Shown here piece after piece: positions 1-9,671 of a stretch of 64,000 nt of DNA; the first letter of the stretch is position 1, and each line of letters starts with the position of its first letter. The position numbers and the translations under genes were made by a program. The notes beneath the pieces are model-generated. The model saw only the letters and a program-made list of their open reading frames with translations, was not told the DNA's origin and made no database searches. This DNA comes from a virus: positions 32,001-96,000 of the IMG/VR virus record IMGVR_UViG_3300035696_000016; one strand, written 5' to 3'.

Positions 1-2
1 AT

Positions 3-176
3 ATGTTAATTTACGCAACGATATTAAATATAGCTATCTGCCCAATATTTTTTGTATATAAAGAAAAGGTTAATGCTGCCAGAATCATTCTTGGTCTCAT
101 ATACGGATTATTTTGGCCAATTAGTTTCCCGGTGTTAATTGCAGTATTTTACTATTGTAAGATAGATAACGAATAG
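3..176 (+). CDS. small membrane protein (may be 5'-truncated by the window edge)
   Basis: Manually translated ATG3..TAG176, MLIYATILNIAICPIFFVY...GLFWPISFPVLIAVFYY; two hydrophobic stretches. Confidence 0.5.
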   Translation: MLIYATILNIAICPIFFVYKEKVNAARIILGLIYGLFWPISFPVLIAVFYYCKIDNE

Positions 177-188
177 AAAGTATATATT

Positions 189-521
189 ATGCCATATATT
201 AAATCAGAAGTTAGACCCAAGTTAGATCTTTTTATTGATCAATTGGCTGGTAATATAGTAGAACTTGCCAGACAAGATGGAAGCGAAACAGCATATGCTG
301 GATTGTTAAACTATACTTGCACAAAATTAGCAATGAGAATAATCGATATTCAATTCGGCAAAATTAAATATGGAACACTTGCTACGATAACAGGCGTGTT
401 TAAAAACATAGCAGATGAGTTTTATAGACGCATTGCCGTTCCATATGAAGATAAGCAAATAGAAAAAAGCGGCGATGTTGATTTATATGCCACTTATGTA
501 AATAAAATAAAAGAAACCTAA
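189..521 (+). CDS. conserved phage protein, DUF6899-like
   Basis: MPYI start, GLLNY, EFYRRIAVPYEDKQIEKSGDV pattern typical of this phage family. Confidence 0.6.
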   Translation: MPYIKSEVRPKLDLFIDQLAGNIVELARQDGSETAYAGLLNYTCTKLAMRIIDIQFGKIKYGTLATITGVFKNIADEFYRRIAVPYEDKQIEKSGDVDLYATYVNKIKET

Positions 522-713
522 ATGAAAACACAAGATGAATTATATAATGAATACATTGAATTAATCGATCAAATGCTAAAAGATCGATCACTATCAGACA
601 ATGATGGGTTTTTGGATAAATGTGATGAAGTTTGGTATGCAATGGATAAAGAAACTCATCAGCGAGTGGAAACATATTTAATTAAGAAATCTAAAACAAA
701 TATGATCGAGTGA
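522..713 (+). CDS. hypothetical protein
   Basis: ORF directly abutting upstream gene. Confidence 0.55.
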   Translation: MKTQDELYNEYIELIDQMLKDRSLSDNDGFLDKCDEVWYAMDKETHQRVETYLIKKSKTNMIE

Positions 714-719
714 TCTGTC

Positions 720-748
720 TTGACTTCCGCTCACCGAAGCCTTACAGT
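720..748 (+). promoter_or_regulatory. sigma70-like promoter (TTGACT-17-TACAGT) placed for leaderless initiation at ATG 755
   Basis: TTGACT 720-725, 17-nt spacer, TACAGT 743-748, ATG 6 nt later, no SD. Confidence 0.5.
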
Positions 749-754
749 CCTACG

Positions 755-1321
755 ATGAGCACACTTCCGCCTGCACACCTCGACACACCAGAGAACCGTT
801 TCTTATGGCAACGCAATGTCAGAGATCAATATAAAAACGTATCTACGGAAGATATAAAAAATGATCTAAAAGAAAAAGCGTTGCCAGCAGGCGTATTGGT
901 GCAAAATCTTGAAAAAGATTTTAATATTGGAACTATTATGCGTTCGGCTAATTCTTTTGGTATTTTTGATTTTTATTATTTTGGCGCAAGACATATCGAT
1001 AGAAGAGGCGCTGCTGGATGCTATCATTATATGAATGTAAATAATATAAAAAATATACAAGATGTAAAGAAATTAAAAGAACGATATGTGTTCGTTGGAT
1101 TAGAGAATAATTTAACTCGTGGATCAGTTGATATTCGTAAATATCAATATAAACCGGCAACATTATTTATTATTGGCGAAGAAAATGCCGGTATTACAGA
1201 TGAGTTATTGGATTTATGTGATGACTTAATTGAAATACCTATGTTCGGTAGTATTCGTAGTTTCAATGCTGCAACAGCAGCAAGTATTGCATTTTACGAT
1301 TATGTGAATAAAACACAATGA
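755..1321 (+). CDS. TrmH/SpoU-family RNA 2'-O-methyltransferase (ORF track starts at 710)
   Basis: SPOUT motifs NLEKDFNIGTIMRS, IIGEENAGI, IEIPMFG, SFNAATAASIA. Confidence 0.9.
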   Translation: MSTLPPAHLDTPENRFLWQRNVRDQYKNVSTEDIKNDLKEKALPAGVLVQNLEKDFNIGTIMRSANSFGIFDFYYFGARHIDRRGAAGCYHYMNVNNIKNIQDVKKLKERYVFVGLENNLTRGSVDIRKYQYKPATLFIIGEENAGITDELLDLCDDLIEIPMFGSIRSFNAATAASIAFYDYVNKTQ

Positions 1322-1674
1322 TAATTGATTTTGCATTGACATCTAATTTAGATAATTTTGCCCATTGTTGCATCTGCGGAAAAGAAAACGATGTATTCGC
1401 ATCATTACAATATAGATGTTATGATTGTAAAGTATATATTGAAGTAAGAGAAGACAATAAGGTATCTCAAATATGGATTGGTTGGGATATAGATGTGGAT
1501 AGAGCTGCCGTTTATTATAGCAAGTTGGTTATTCAGCCATTTTTCCTTACTATAACAAAAGATTACATTGTGGTGTTTTCTTTTGGTGATGAAGTAAAAC
1601 GCTTACCAACACCAGAAACGATAGATATCAAAAAACTATACAACAATGTCGATACGTATAAATTACTAATATAA
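1318..1674 (+). CDS. Zn-ribbon hypothetical protein with shared C-terminal tag (DTYKLLI)
   Basis: CxxC...CxxC; C-terminal tag. Confidence 0.65.
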   Translation: MIIDFALTSNLDNFAHCCICGKENDVFASLQYRCYDCKVYIEVREDNKVSQIWIGWDIDVDRAAVYYSKLVIQPFFLTITKDYIVVFSFGDEVKRLPTPETIDIKKLYNNVDTYKLLI

Positions 1675-1682
1675 AGGAAACT

Positions 1683-1865
1683 ATGTTATATCTTATATAT
1701 AAAACGTACTATTCATTGGATGGTAATATAGAAAAAGTAGAACTTGTTGAGGCAGATCAAAATGAAACATCTGTCATTAGTTTTACAAAACTATATGGCT
1801 TACAGACACCAAAAGATATAAAAGATCGCATTGCCTATAATTATATAGGAATGAAAATAGTATGA
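1683..1865 (+). CDS. hypothetical protein
   Basis: SD AAGGA upstream; ATGA overlap with next gene. Confidence 0.55.
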   Translation: MLYLIYKTYYSLDGNIEKVELVEADQNETSVISFTKLYGLQTPKDIKDRIAYNYIGMKIV

Positions 1866-2335
1866 TTTTAGGAACATCTGGACATCGTGCATTGGGCGAG
1901 GCTTCGTTTCCGAAGTCTGCGTATAATGCTATTTATGATAAAACGAAAAGCATTATTCAAGACTTGAAACCAAGTAAAACTATAATGGGTGGCGCTATTG
2001 GTTTTGATCTAATGATCGGTGATATATGCATTGAATTAGGAACACCATACATTGTTGCAGTTCCGTTTAGTGGTCAAGAAGCATATTGGTCAGTATATGA
2101 TAAAAAGCATTACAATGATGTTTTAGCAAAAGCAGATAAGATAGAAGTGATCAATAGGGCGGGTTGGGCAAATTGGAAGTATAATACGCGGAATCAATGG
2201 ATCGTAGATAATAGTGATAAAATGTTGTTTTGTTATGATGGTGGTGTTTCCAGTGGAACTAAAAACTGCTATGATTATGCCGTGAAAAAGAACAAAGAGA
2301 TTATTAGGATAAATCCGTTGGATTACAGGAAGTAA
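1862..2335 (+). CDS. SLOG superfamily protein (YspA/DUF1273-like)
   Basis: GTSGHR, GGAIGFD, VPFSGQEAYW, RNQWIVDNSD, GTKNCYDYA motifs. Confidence 0.85.
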   Translation: MILGTSGHRALGEASFPKSAYNAIYDKTKSIIQDLKPSKTIMGGAIGFDLMIGDICIELGTPYIVAVPFSGQEAYWSVYDKKHYNDVLAKADKIEVINRAGWANWKYNTRNQWIVDNSDKMLFCYDGGVSSGTKNCYDYAVKKNKEIIRINPLDYRK

Positions 2336-2361
2336 TCTAATATATTGGTATTTATATTGTT

Positions 2362-3036
2362 ATGAATAAATTGTTCGAGAAATGTAGGGAGTTTTTGAAA
2401 CAAGCAACGGAATTGAAAGTTTCGCTTGTGGAGAATAATGATCCGATTTTGAAACAATTGAGTGAGTTGAAAGATTTTGATGATAGGGTGGAGTTGGCGG
2501 AAGAACATTGGGAAAAACTTGGAACCGGCTCAGCCAGAGCGGTATTCAAAATTAGTGATGATTTAATAATTAAAATTGCGATAAATAAAAAAGGCGTTTC
2601 TCAAATAAAAGTTGAGGCGGAGTTTGACTTACAAAAGCCTTGTGTTGCTACGGTTGTAGTTGCCGATCCAGAAGGTAAATGGCTAATATCACATTTTACC
2701 GATACGATGACTCACGAATTATTTAAAAAAATAATTGGATACGGATTCGATAATTTTATGTCATGTTTATTTTTTGCCTATAATAATGAGAGTGATAATT
2801 GGATTAAAGAACCTAAAAGTTATGATGAGATTAAAAATCTCCCATTATTTAAATGCATTGGAGCAATGGTAGTAGATGGAAATATATTGTTGGGGGACGT
2901 GGGAAAAGTTTCAAGTTGGGGCGTTAGAAACGGAAAAGTTTTATTGAGGGATTACGGATTAGATAAATTAACTTATGAAAAATTTTATGATGACGGGTCT
3001 GCCCCAAGTTCAAGTCCGCCAAAAACATCAAGTTAA
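2362..3036 (+). CDS. protein kinase-like fold protein
   Basis: Gly loop LGTGSARAVF, beta3 IIKIA, catalytic-loop-like GDVGKVSSWG, DYG. Confidence 0.65.
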   Translation: MNKLFEKCREFLKQATELKVSLVENNDPILKQLSELKDFDDRVELAEEHWEKLGTGSARAVFKISDDLIIKIAINKKGVSQIKVEAEFDLQKPCVATVVVADPEGKWLISHFTDTMTHELFKKIIGYGFDNFMSCLFFAYNNESDNWIKEPKSYDEIKNLPLFKCIGAMVVDGNILLGDVGKVSSWGVRNGKVLLRDYGLDKLTYEKFYDDGSAPSSSPPKTSS

Positions 3037-4091
3037 GTTTTAATACGCCCAAGCGGTATATTGTTTTGTTTTTTATATTTTGTAATTAATTTTTCTATTG
3101 TTTTTGGTGGAATATTAATTATTTTACTAATTTTTAGTGCGGAAAGTTTTTCATTAAATGTTAAATCAATAATCTTATTATAAGTTTCACTATTTATAAT
3201 TATTTTAATTGGTTTTGTTATTTTTATTTTTTTAGCGAGTTCCGAGCGACGTTTTTCGGTTAGAGGGCGTTTAATTCCTTTGACTATACCACAAATTGTT
3301 TGTCTGCTTACCTTGTAAGTTGATTGTAAATCAGCAAGTGAATAATCACCAGTTGCATATAATTTTTTTATAGTTTGCTTTTCTTGATCATTGATTTTTC
3401 TTCTTGCTTTTTGGCTTTTTGCCCACTGCCCATTTAATCTTTTTTCAATTGCTTTTTGTTTGTCATAATTATTTTTACCTTCGCGACCTTCGTTAGTGAG
3501 AAAGGTTCGATCATTAGGCGATTTTATTTTAGCATTACGCAATATGCTACCAACGGTACTTATACCTATTTCATATTTTCTTGCTAACTGCTTTCTTGTA
3601 TATTTTCCAGATTTGTAATCGATACATAAATCTTGTGTTTTTTCGGGAGTTAAAATAAAATTACCAATATTTGGTGATTGATATGTTCCATCAGATATTC
3701 TTTTTTGAACCGCTATGCTTAATTTTTCCTTTGTTGCATCTGAAACGATTACCCCAATAGATCCATCACCCCCATCGGTTAAATTATATCCATAAAATGG
3801 ATTTTTAGTTTCGAAAAACGCAATATATTTTATTTCTCCCGCTTTCATTTCTTGGCTGGAATTATATTCTCTGATCACTTCAAATTTAAAATTTTCAGCA
3901 CCATATTTTCTAATTGCTCGGGAAAGATAACAGTGATACCTTCTTGCTTTCGGATTATTTGCAGAATAAATATGACCACGCATTCTTGTGGCGGAATTGG
4001 TGGTAAATCCTATATATAATTTCCAATTAATAATATTAATTATTTTATATACGTAAAATCGTTTTTCTTTTTTATTTTTTGCTACTAACAT
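3033..4091 (-). CDS. GIY-YIG homing endonuclease with NUMOD/HTH DNA-binding repeats
   Basis: YVYKI..LYIG..R, E-x-YI, GYNLTDGGDG; repeated HTH (KQLARKYEIGISTV, DLQSTYKVSRQTI). Confidence 0.9.
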   Translation of the reverse strand: MLVAKNKKEKRFYVYKIINIINWKLYIGFTTNSATRMRGHIYSANNPKARRYHCYLSRAIRKYGAENFKFEVIREYNSSQEMKAGEIKYIAFFETKNPFYGYNLTDGGDGSIGVIVSDATKEKLSIAVQKRISDGTYQSPNIGNFILTPEKTQDLCIDYKSGKYTRKQLARKYEIGISTVGSILRNAKIKSPNDRTFLTNEGREGKNNYDKQKAIEKRLNGQWAKSQKARRKINDQEKQTIKKLYATGDYSLADLQSTYKVSRQTICGIVKGIKRPLTEKRRSELAKKIKITKPIKIIINSETYNKIIDLTFNEKLSALKISKIINIPPKTIEKLITKYKKQNNIPLGRIKT

Positions 4092-4233
4092 TTTTAATAC
4101 CTTCTTTGATTAAGAAACGACATAGCATAGCATAATTTGCTTCACCTTTAAAAATTGATTGGTTCAGAGCATCCATAGCCTTAATTTCTTCATCAGTAAG
4201 TCTTACATTAATTTGGTGATTGAACTTTTTCAT
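4072..4233 (-). CDS. ribbon-helix-helix (CopG/Arc-like) regulator, 53 aa, absent from ORF track
   Basis: Manual translation MKKFNHQINVRLTDEEIKAMDALNQSIFKGEANYAMLCRFLIKEGIKNVSSKK; overlaps GIY-YIG start; AAGGA upstream. Confidence 0.7.
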   Translation of the reverse strand: MKKFNHQINVRLTDEEIKAMDALNQSIFKGEANYAMLCRFLIKEGIKNVSSKK

Positions 4234-4317
4234 TTGATATCCTTGATATTTTTGATCCCATAAATATATATCAATAGTAGTAGAAAACGTAATAAAGGTG
4301 CATTTAAGTAGGTAAAA

Positions 4318-4806
4318 ATGTTATTGTACTTGGCGGTGATAATATTTGGTTTAATGTCAATGACTTTTTTGGGTTATTTTTTTCACTGGATTTTCCACCA
4401 AAAATGGAGCGGTCGCTTAAATATCGCTCACAAAACTCATCATAATATTTTATACCCGCCAAAAGATTTTGTATCCGATGTATATCGAAATCCAAAAAAA
4501 GATAACACGGTTTATTTATTCGGACTTGTGTTTGCTCCATTTATATTGACAGCATTCTTTCTAACAGTTTTCCGAATAATACCACTTGGTATTGGATTAA
4601 TTATTCTCGGTGAGATGGCGATCGTTGGCACAGTTAATAATTTTTTACACGATGCGTTTCATCTAAAAAATAGTTTTTGGCATAAGTTTTGGTTTTTTCC
4701 GCGTTTGAAAAGACTCCACTATAATCATCACGTTAGACAAAACACGAACTTCGGCATTTTCTCATTCGTGTGGGACAGAGTTTTTCATACTTACAATAAC
4801 AAATAG
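4318..4806 (+). CDS. fatty acid hydroxylase / sterol desaturase family membrane di-iron protein
   Basis: His boxes HWIFH, HKTHH, HDAFH, HYNHH plus NFGI..WDRVF; TM segments. Confidence 0.85.
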   Translation: MLLYLAVIIFGLMSMTFLGYFFHWIFHQKWSGRLNIAHKTHHNILYPPKDFVSDVYRNPKKDNTVYLFGLVFAPFILTAFFLTVFRIIPLGIGLIILGEMAIVGTVNNFLHDAFHLKNSFWHKFWFFPRLKRLHYNHHVRQNTNFGIFSFVWDRVFHTYNNK

Positions 4807-4814
4807 GATCATCC

Positions 4815-4934
4815 ATGACACGCTTATTATGTTTGCTTGGATTGCATTGTTTTATTCTCGACTATATAAAAGAAGACGAAGAAGTTGAGTGGAAGTGTGC
4901 AAAATGCGGTAAGCATTGGGAATGTATTTTTTGA
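4815..4934 (+). CDS. small Zn-binding protein (DUF1660-like), 39 aa
   Basis: Manual translation MTRLLCLLGLHCF...KCAKCGK; stop overlaps ATG 4934. Confidence 0.45.
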   Translation: MTRLLCLLGLHCFILDYIKEDEEVEWKCAKCGKHWECIF

Positions 4935-6037
4935 TGAATGATATAATTGAAAAGATTGTAAAACAATCACCGCATCTATCTTGGATGAGAAGCGGTGTTA
5001 TATATTTAACGCTATATGGAAGCAAGGCGTATGGCACGGACACGCTTACAAGTGATTCCGATTACAAGGGTGTTGCAATCCCAACAGCGCCATATTTTTA
5101 TGGTTTCCAAAACAAGTTCGAACAAGCAGAACTAAAAGAACCAGACACGGTTATATATGATATTCGTAAGTTTTTCAATCTCGCAAGCGCTGCCAATCCA
5201 TCGATCATAGAAACATTATTTACGGACGATAAAGATCATTTATTGGTTTCAGATATTGGCAATGTTTTATTGCAAAACAGAGACAGGTTTCTATCGAAAA
5301 GAGTTCGTTTTACATTTTCGGGTTATGCAGTTTCGCAATTAAATAGGATAAAACTTCATCGTCGATATCTACTAAATCCGCCAACGCATTTTCCAACGCG
5401 TAAAGAGTTTGGTTTGCCAGAAGAAACATTGATTCCGGCAGATCAATTAATGGCAGCGGAAGCAGAAATAAAAAAAGAATTGGAAAAATATCAGTTCGAT
5501 TTTCTTGGTGAATTGTCGGAACCAATGAAAATTATGATCCGAAACTCAATGTCGGATATATTGACGGATTTAAAAATCTCAAAAGATGATCAATGGCTTG
5601 CTGCATCACGAAAAGTAGGCTTCAATGATAACTTCATTGAGTTTATGAAAAAAGAGCGATCGTATAAAAATCTTAAAACGGAATGGGATAACTATCAGAC
5701 TTGGAAGAAGAACAGAAACGCAAAGCGTGCAGCAGACGAAGCAAAGTTTGGAATTGATTTAAAACACGCATATCATTTAGTAAGATTGATGCGAATGTGT
5801 AGAGAAATACTTACAACAGGCAAAGTAATCGTAAAACGACCGGATAGAAAAGAACTGCTTGCCATTAGAAATGGTGCATGGACTTACGATCAAATCGTAG
5901 AGTTTGCAGAACGAGAAGATAAAGATTTACAAGTTATTTATGAGACAAGTAATCTTTTGCCGAAAATGCCAGATATAAAGTTTTTGGACAATTTATGCGT
6001 TGAGTTAGTAGAGAGACGATTATGCGATGTATATTGA
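4934..6037 (+). CDS. DNA polymerase beta-superfamily nucleotidyltransferase (RlaP/PF10127-like); ORF track starts at 4916
   Basis: YGSKAYGTDTLTSDSDYKG, ANPSIIE, FSGYA, DLKHAYHLVRL. Confidence 0.85.
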   Translation: MNDIIEKIVKQSPHLSWMRSGVIYLTLYGSKAYGTDTLTSDSDYKGVAIPTAPYFYGFQNKFEQAELKEPDTVIYDIRKFFNLASAANPSIIETLFTDDKDHLLVSDIGNVLLQNRDRFLSKRVRFTFSGYAVSQLNRIKLHRRYLLNPPTHFPTRKEFGLPEETLIPADQLMAAEAEIKKELEKYQFDFLGELSEPMKIMIRNSMSDILTDLKISKDDQWLAASRKVGFNDNFIEFMKKERSYKNLKTEWDNYQTWKKNRNAKRAADEAKFGIDLKHAYHLVRLMRMCREILTTGKVIVKRPDRKELLAIRNGAWTYDQIVEFAEREDKDLQVIYETSNLLPKMPDIKFLDNLCVELVERRLCDVY

Positions 6038-6222
6038 AAGATACTGAATACAATCTATGTGTATCTTGGTGTGGTAAAAAAGGAATAAGTTGGAGTGATT
6101 CATATAAAAATATAAAAGAGTGTATTGATATGAAAGATGGCAATGCCTGCAAAGAATGTTTGCATAAATTAATTTTATTACTTCGCGTTTTAGAAAATGA
6201 AAGTTTTACCCTATTGACATAG
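6022..6222 (+). CDS. Cys-rich hypothetical protein with C-terminal tag variant (ESFTLLT)
   Basis: ORF track; CxxxC/CxxC. Confidence 0.5.
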   Translation: MRCILKDTEYNLCVSWCGKKGISWSDSYKNIKECIDMKDGNACKECLHKLILLLRVLENESFTLLT

Positions 6223-6233
6223 GAGATGCCAGT

Positions 6234-6563
6234 ATGACCCTCACGCCAGCAGCCATAGCAGCAGCCAAAACAAAATTACAAAATAGCCAGCACGCTCGCC
6301 TACGCATCGGAATTAAAGGTTCGGGTGGTTGCGAGGGAGCGGTTTTAGCCTTAAGTTATTCCGATGGCGACCTTCGTGCCAATGACACAGAGTTTCTTTT
6401 CGATGATATAAAGATCGTTGTTGATGCTAAAAGTTTGGCATATTTACAAGGAGCCGTTATAGACTATGAGAAGAGTTTGATGCAAGAAGGATTTATACTA
6501 AAAAGTGAAAAAATACAATCAGTTTGTTCGTGTGGAAAATCATTCGTAATCACAAAGGAATAA
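6234..6563 (+). CDS. HesB/IscA Fe-S cluster assembly accessory protein
   Basis: LRIGIKGSGGCEG, VVDAKSLAYLQGAVIDY, CSCGKSF; SD AGGAG. Confidence 0.9.
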   Translation: MTLTPAAIAAAKTKLQNSQHARLRIGIKGSGGCEGAVLALSYSDGDLRANDTEFLFDDIKIVVDAKSLAYLQGAVIDYEKSLMQEGFILKSEKIQSVCSCGKSFVITKE

Positions 6564-6567
6564 TCAA

Positions 6568-6792
6568 ATGATACTTGGAATATATATCAAAAATCGCAAG
6601 AAAGATAAATGGAGTTTATTCACGGTATCAAAAGATTTAGAAGTAGCAAAGAAAACAAGTAAGAAGTTGATAAAAGAGTTTCAGGAAATTGGTTATGATG
6701 ACGCAGATGCGATCGTTCAGAAGTTTGACAATGTTCATGACATCCCCGGAACATTGGATGTTGTTAAGTCCGAATCACAATTATATAACTAA
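6568..6792 (+). CDS. hypothetical protein
   Basis: ORF in operon context. Confidence 0.55.
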   Translation: MILGIYIKNRKKDKWSLFTVSKDLEVAKKTSKKLIKEFQEIGYDDADAIVQKFDNVHDIPGTLDVVKSESQLYN

Positions 6793-7082
6793 TGTTCGCC
6801 CAAATGAAAAGTCGTCAGCCAAGTAAGCCTTGCCCTTGCAATAATACTTGCTTGTGTCATAAGTCCCAAGGAGAAACTTGGGAAGTGTGGCTATTGTGTT
6901 TTATTGGACTTGCAGTATTAATTGTATTCCCATATTTAATGTATCAAGTTGGTCATCATCAGCCAAGAGAACAACACATTGAAGTAAATGGTCAGGACTG
7001 CATCGTAATGAAAAAAATTGACGGTGTAGGTAGCACCGGAAATCCTTATGGTCATGATATTGCGGTTTGCCCGGTAAAATAA
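6792..7082 (+). CDS. single-pass membrane protein
   Basis: Hydrophobic segment WLLCFIGLAVLIVFPYLMY. Confidence 0.55.
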   Translation: MFAQMKSRQPSKPCPCNNTCLCHKSQGETWEVWLLCFIGLAVLIVFPYLMYQVGHHQPREQHIEVNGQDCIVMKKIDGVGSTGNPYGHDIAVCPVK

Positions 7083-7083
7083 A

Positions 7084-7398
7084 ATGATAACACATTTTTT
7101 TGAAAAAAGCGCGCATAGTATTCTCATCGTTGATGATACCTATGGAGAGGTTGAATTAGGTATAAGAATGGGATATACATTTGTATGTTGCATTAGATCG
7201 GTAATGGAGTTTTATACTAGTAAAAATGAAGATGTGGCAAAGAATGTTATAAAATTTATGTTAATATACAGTAAGTATGCCGCGATACCTCACGCCTCAA
7301 ATACATCTATACTCGAACTTGCACAGTTTGTTAAAAAATATGATGATAAGTATCCACAATATGGCGAACAATTAGAAAAATATACGCTATTACTATGA
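7084..7398 (+). CDS. accessory protein, paralog family B, C-terminal tag (EKYTLLL)
   Basis: Shares xDVAKN..Y..Y..LEKY pattern with 8440, 12588, 12888. Confidence 0.65.
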   Translation: MITHFFEKSAHSILIVDDTYGEVELGIRMGYTFVCCIRSVMEFYTSKNEDVAKNVIKFMLIYSKYAAIPHASNTSILELAQFVKKYDDKYPQYGEQLEKYTLLL

Positions 7399-8207
7399 AT
7401 CGACCATTTATTTTCCTATCAGGTGAGTTCCGTATAACATTACCGCTTGTGTTTCAACACGAACGGTGGCAACATTGCATGAATGCTCGGATATTAGAAT
7501 TGAATGACAATAAATCATTCCATCGTAAAAATAACGATGAAAAATTACTTGGTTGCATATATCACGCAGACGTTTCCGACGACACAATCAGACGACAAAA
7601 CTTCCATTTTCTAATTGACAACAATATTCCTTGCTATCCCGATCCAAGAAAATTGCTTGCGATAGACAATAGGCATGTGTGCATGGAGAAGGTTATTCGT
7701 GCCAATTTACATACCAATGTAGTTGTTCAATCCAAATACACGAAAGATATTCCAATACAATATCCATTCGTCGTAAAGACCGGAAATGAGCATCAAGGGC
7801 AAGGAAAGTTTTTAGTTAGGAACGAATTAGAGTTGCCAAGATGGGATGGTATTGCAACGATAGAACCGTTTTTTGATGGCGTATCTTGCAGGGTGTTGTG
7901 GATTGGTGATGATTGGTTTAATCTTCGTTTTGACAATGAAACTTCGTGGATAAAAAACAGCAGCGGAGCAGAGGCTTCATTATATCCAGAGATGCCACAA
8001 GGAGTTATAGATCATTCACGCAAAGTAAAAGAATTGTTTGGATTGGATGTTTGTGGAATTGATTATATTGTCGGAAAAGATGGTTGGTGGTTCTTGGAGT
8101 TCAATTATGCGCCGGGATTGGATGTAAGCAATCAAGCTACGGAAGTGGTTAATAAGTTTTTTGGAAGCAAGATGAAATGGGTTGAGGAACAGGTTTATGG
8201 AATATAA
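7395..8207 (+). CDS. ATP-grasp ligase (RimK-like)
   Basis: YPFVVKTGNEHQGQGK, EPFFDG, GLDVCGIDY, FLEFNYAPG. Confidence 0.8.
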   Translation: MNRPFIFLSGEFRITLPLVFQHERWQHCMNARILELNDNKSFHRKNNDEKLLGCIYHADVSDDTIRRQNFHFLIDNNIPCYPDPRKLLAIDNRHVCMEKVIRANLHTNVVVQSKYTKDIPIQYPFVVKTGNEHQGQGKFLVRNELELPRWDGIATIEPFFDGVSCRVLWIGDDWFNLRFDNETSWIKNSSGAEASLYPEMPQGVIDHSRKVKELFGLDVCGIDYIVGKDGWWFLEFNYAPGLDVSNQATEVVNKFFGSKMKWVEEQVYGI

Positions 8208-8439
8208 GGAAGTAAGAATTGCTCATACGAGCGCAAGCCCCAATGAGGAGTTCATATGTATCGATTTATATGTGGATAATATAGATTCAGAATATGACAT
8301 AGATAAAATGGAAAACAAAACTCGGTTTAGAATTGGAAACAAGGGCGAGTATTTTTGTTTGAATACGGTTCTTTTAATGAATATAAATGAACCAAAAGAA
8401 ACATTGTGTAGATTTTTCAAATTATTGATGTTGCAATAA
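8197..8439 (+). CDS. accessory protein with C-terminal tag variant (FKLLMLQ); ORF track starts at 8182
   Basis: ORF; tag. Confidence 0.55.
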   Translation: MEYKEVRIAHTSASPNEEFICIDLYVDNIDSEYDIDKMENKTRFRIGNKGEYFCLNTVLLMNINEPKETLCRFFKLLMLQ

Positions 8440-8754
8440 ATGATTACAGGTATTAGTTTTGAATATTGTGGGGCAAAACAGCAAGCACATTATATTGTGT
8501 ATGATACGGATTTTGAATTAAATATTGAAACTACGATGCTTTCATTTACATCCAATCCTTATATATTCGAATGTCTAAAAGTAATTATAGATGTATATAA
8601 GGAAAAACAATTAAATGTTGCCGCTAATATTGCACATTGGCTGATTATTTTCTATCCTTCCACTGCTCACTCATATTTAGAGCAATTTAAAATGAACATA
8701 CCGGCATACAATAAGTATGCGAATGATGTAGAAAAGTATCTATTACTAATGTAA
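8440..8754 (+). CDS. accessory protein, paralog family B, C-terminal tag (EKYLLLM)
   Basis: YDTDF...VYKEKQLNVAAN...KYANDVEKY. Confidence 0.65.
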   Translation: MITGISFEYCGAKQQAHYIVYDTDFELNIETTMLSFTSNPYIFECLKVIIDVYKEKQLNVAANIAHWLIIFYPSTAHSYLEQFKMNIPAYNKYANDVEKYLLLM

Positions 8755-8765
8755 GGAAAAATAAA

Positions 8766-9083
8766 ATGTGGAAATCAAAATATACGAACGGTGAAAAGTG
8801 CCATTGTGGAGAAGATGCCATTGCAAAAGTGGGCGAAGAAATTATGAACGATGATCCGTTTTCGGCAAGACACAATCTAACTGCTTATATATGTGAAAAA
8901 CATTATAGAGAGTTGTTCGGAAATTATGGTGTTGATCTTGTTGATGGAATGAGAAAAAAAACAATGGATCAAATTAAGTTTAGAGAACATATGAATAAAT
9001 TGTCTGGTAATCGTGATATTGATATTGCAGAAGAGTTGAGAACAGATCAAATAATACTTAAAGATTTTATGGATAAAAAATGA
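8766..9083 (+). CDS. Zn-binding hypothetical protein
   Basis: CHC...CEKH; SD AAGGA. Confidence 0.6.
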   Translation: MWKSKYTNGEKCHCGEDAIAKVGEEIMNDDPFSARHNLTAYICEKHYRELFGNYGVDLVDGMRKKTMDQIKFREHMNKLSGNRDIDIAEELRTDQIILKDFMDKK

Positions 9084-9415
9084 AAACCCCATACATACAC
9101 ATATACGGTCAGGCATATAACCACAGCAATGCATTTATTATTGGAAATTACGATGGGTTAATGTTATTATTGAGAGCGCTCGAAAAAACATTACATTATG
9201 AGCCTACGCCAAATGGCGATGCGGTTGGAACTAATTTTTTTGTGGGAGATGGCGAAGGATACAAAATCATTATTAAAGAAACTTCCAATGAGGAAATGGC
9301 ACAGTTAGAATTACCATATACAGAAACATATCAAAGTGATTATGATAATATAGATGGTAAATCACCAGTTGAGTTGATTGGTGTTGATGCGTATAGAAAA
9401 TTGTTTGGGAAATAA
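9080..9415 (+). CDS. hypothetical protein
   Basis: ORF with ATGA overlap. Confidence 0.6.
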   Translation: MKTPYIHIYGQAYNHSNAFIIGNYDGLMLLLRALEKTLHYEPTPNGDAVGTNFFVGDGEGYKIIIKETSNEEMAQLELPYTETYQSDYDNIDGKSPVELIGVDAYRKLFGK

Positions 9416-9416
9416 G

Positions 9417-9671
9417 ATGGCAAAGAAAAAGAAAACAAGAATGATTGAAGTTTGTAAAAATGTTGGCGAACGAATTGATGTTCAAAATCTATCATATTCA
9501 ATCCCAGAATTATTGAGTTTTATTAAACGCAATACGCCAGAAGGTGTAAAAGAAGAAGATATTCAGTTGTCGTTTGAGAGTGAAGAAGAACCATATTATT
9601 ATGATGAGACCATAAATCATTGTTATATGAGTGTCGTTGTTAGAGAAATGAAAGAATTGAATGTGCGATGA
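9417..9671 (+). CDS. hypothetical protein (ORF track starts at 9378)
   Basis: MAKKKK start directly after upstream stop. Confidence 0.55.
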   Translation: MAKKKKTRMIEVCKNVGERIDVQNLSYSIPELLSFIKRNTPEGVKEEDIQLSFESEEEPYYYDETINHCYMSVVVREMKELNVR

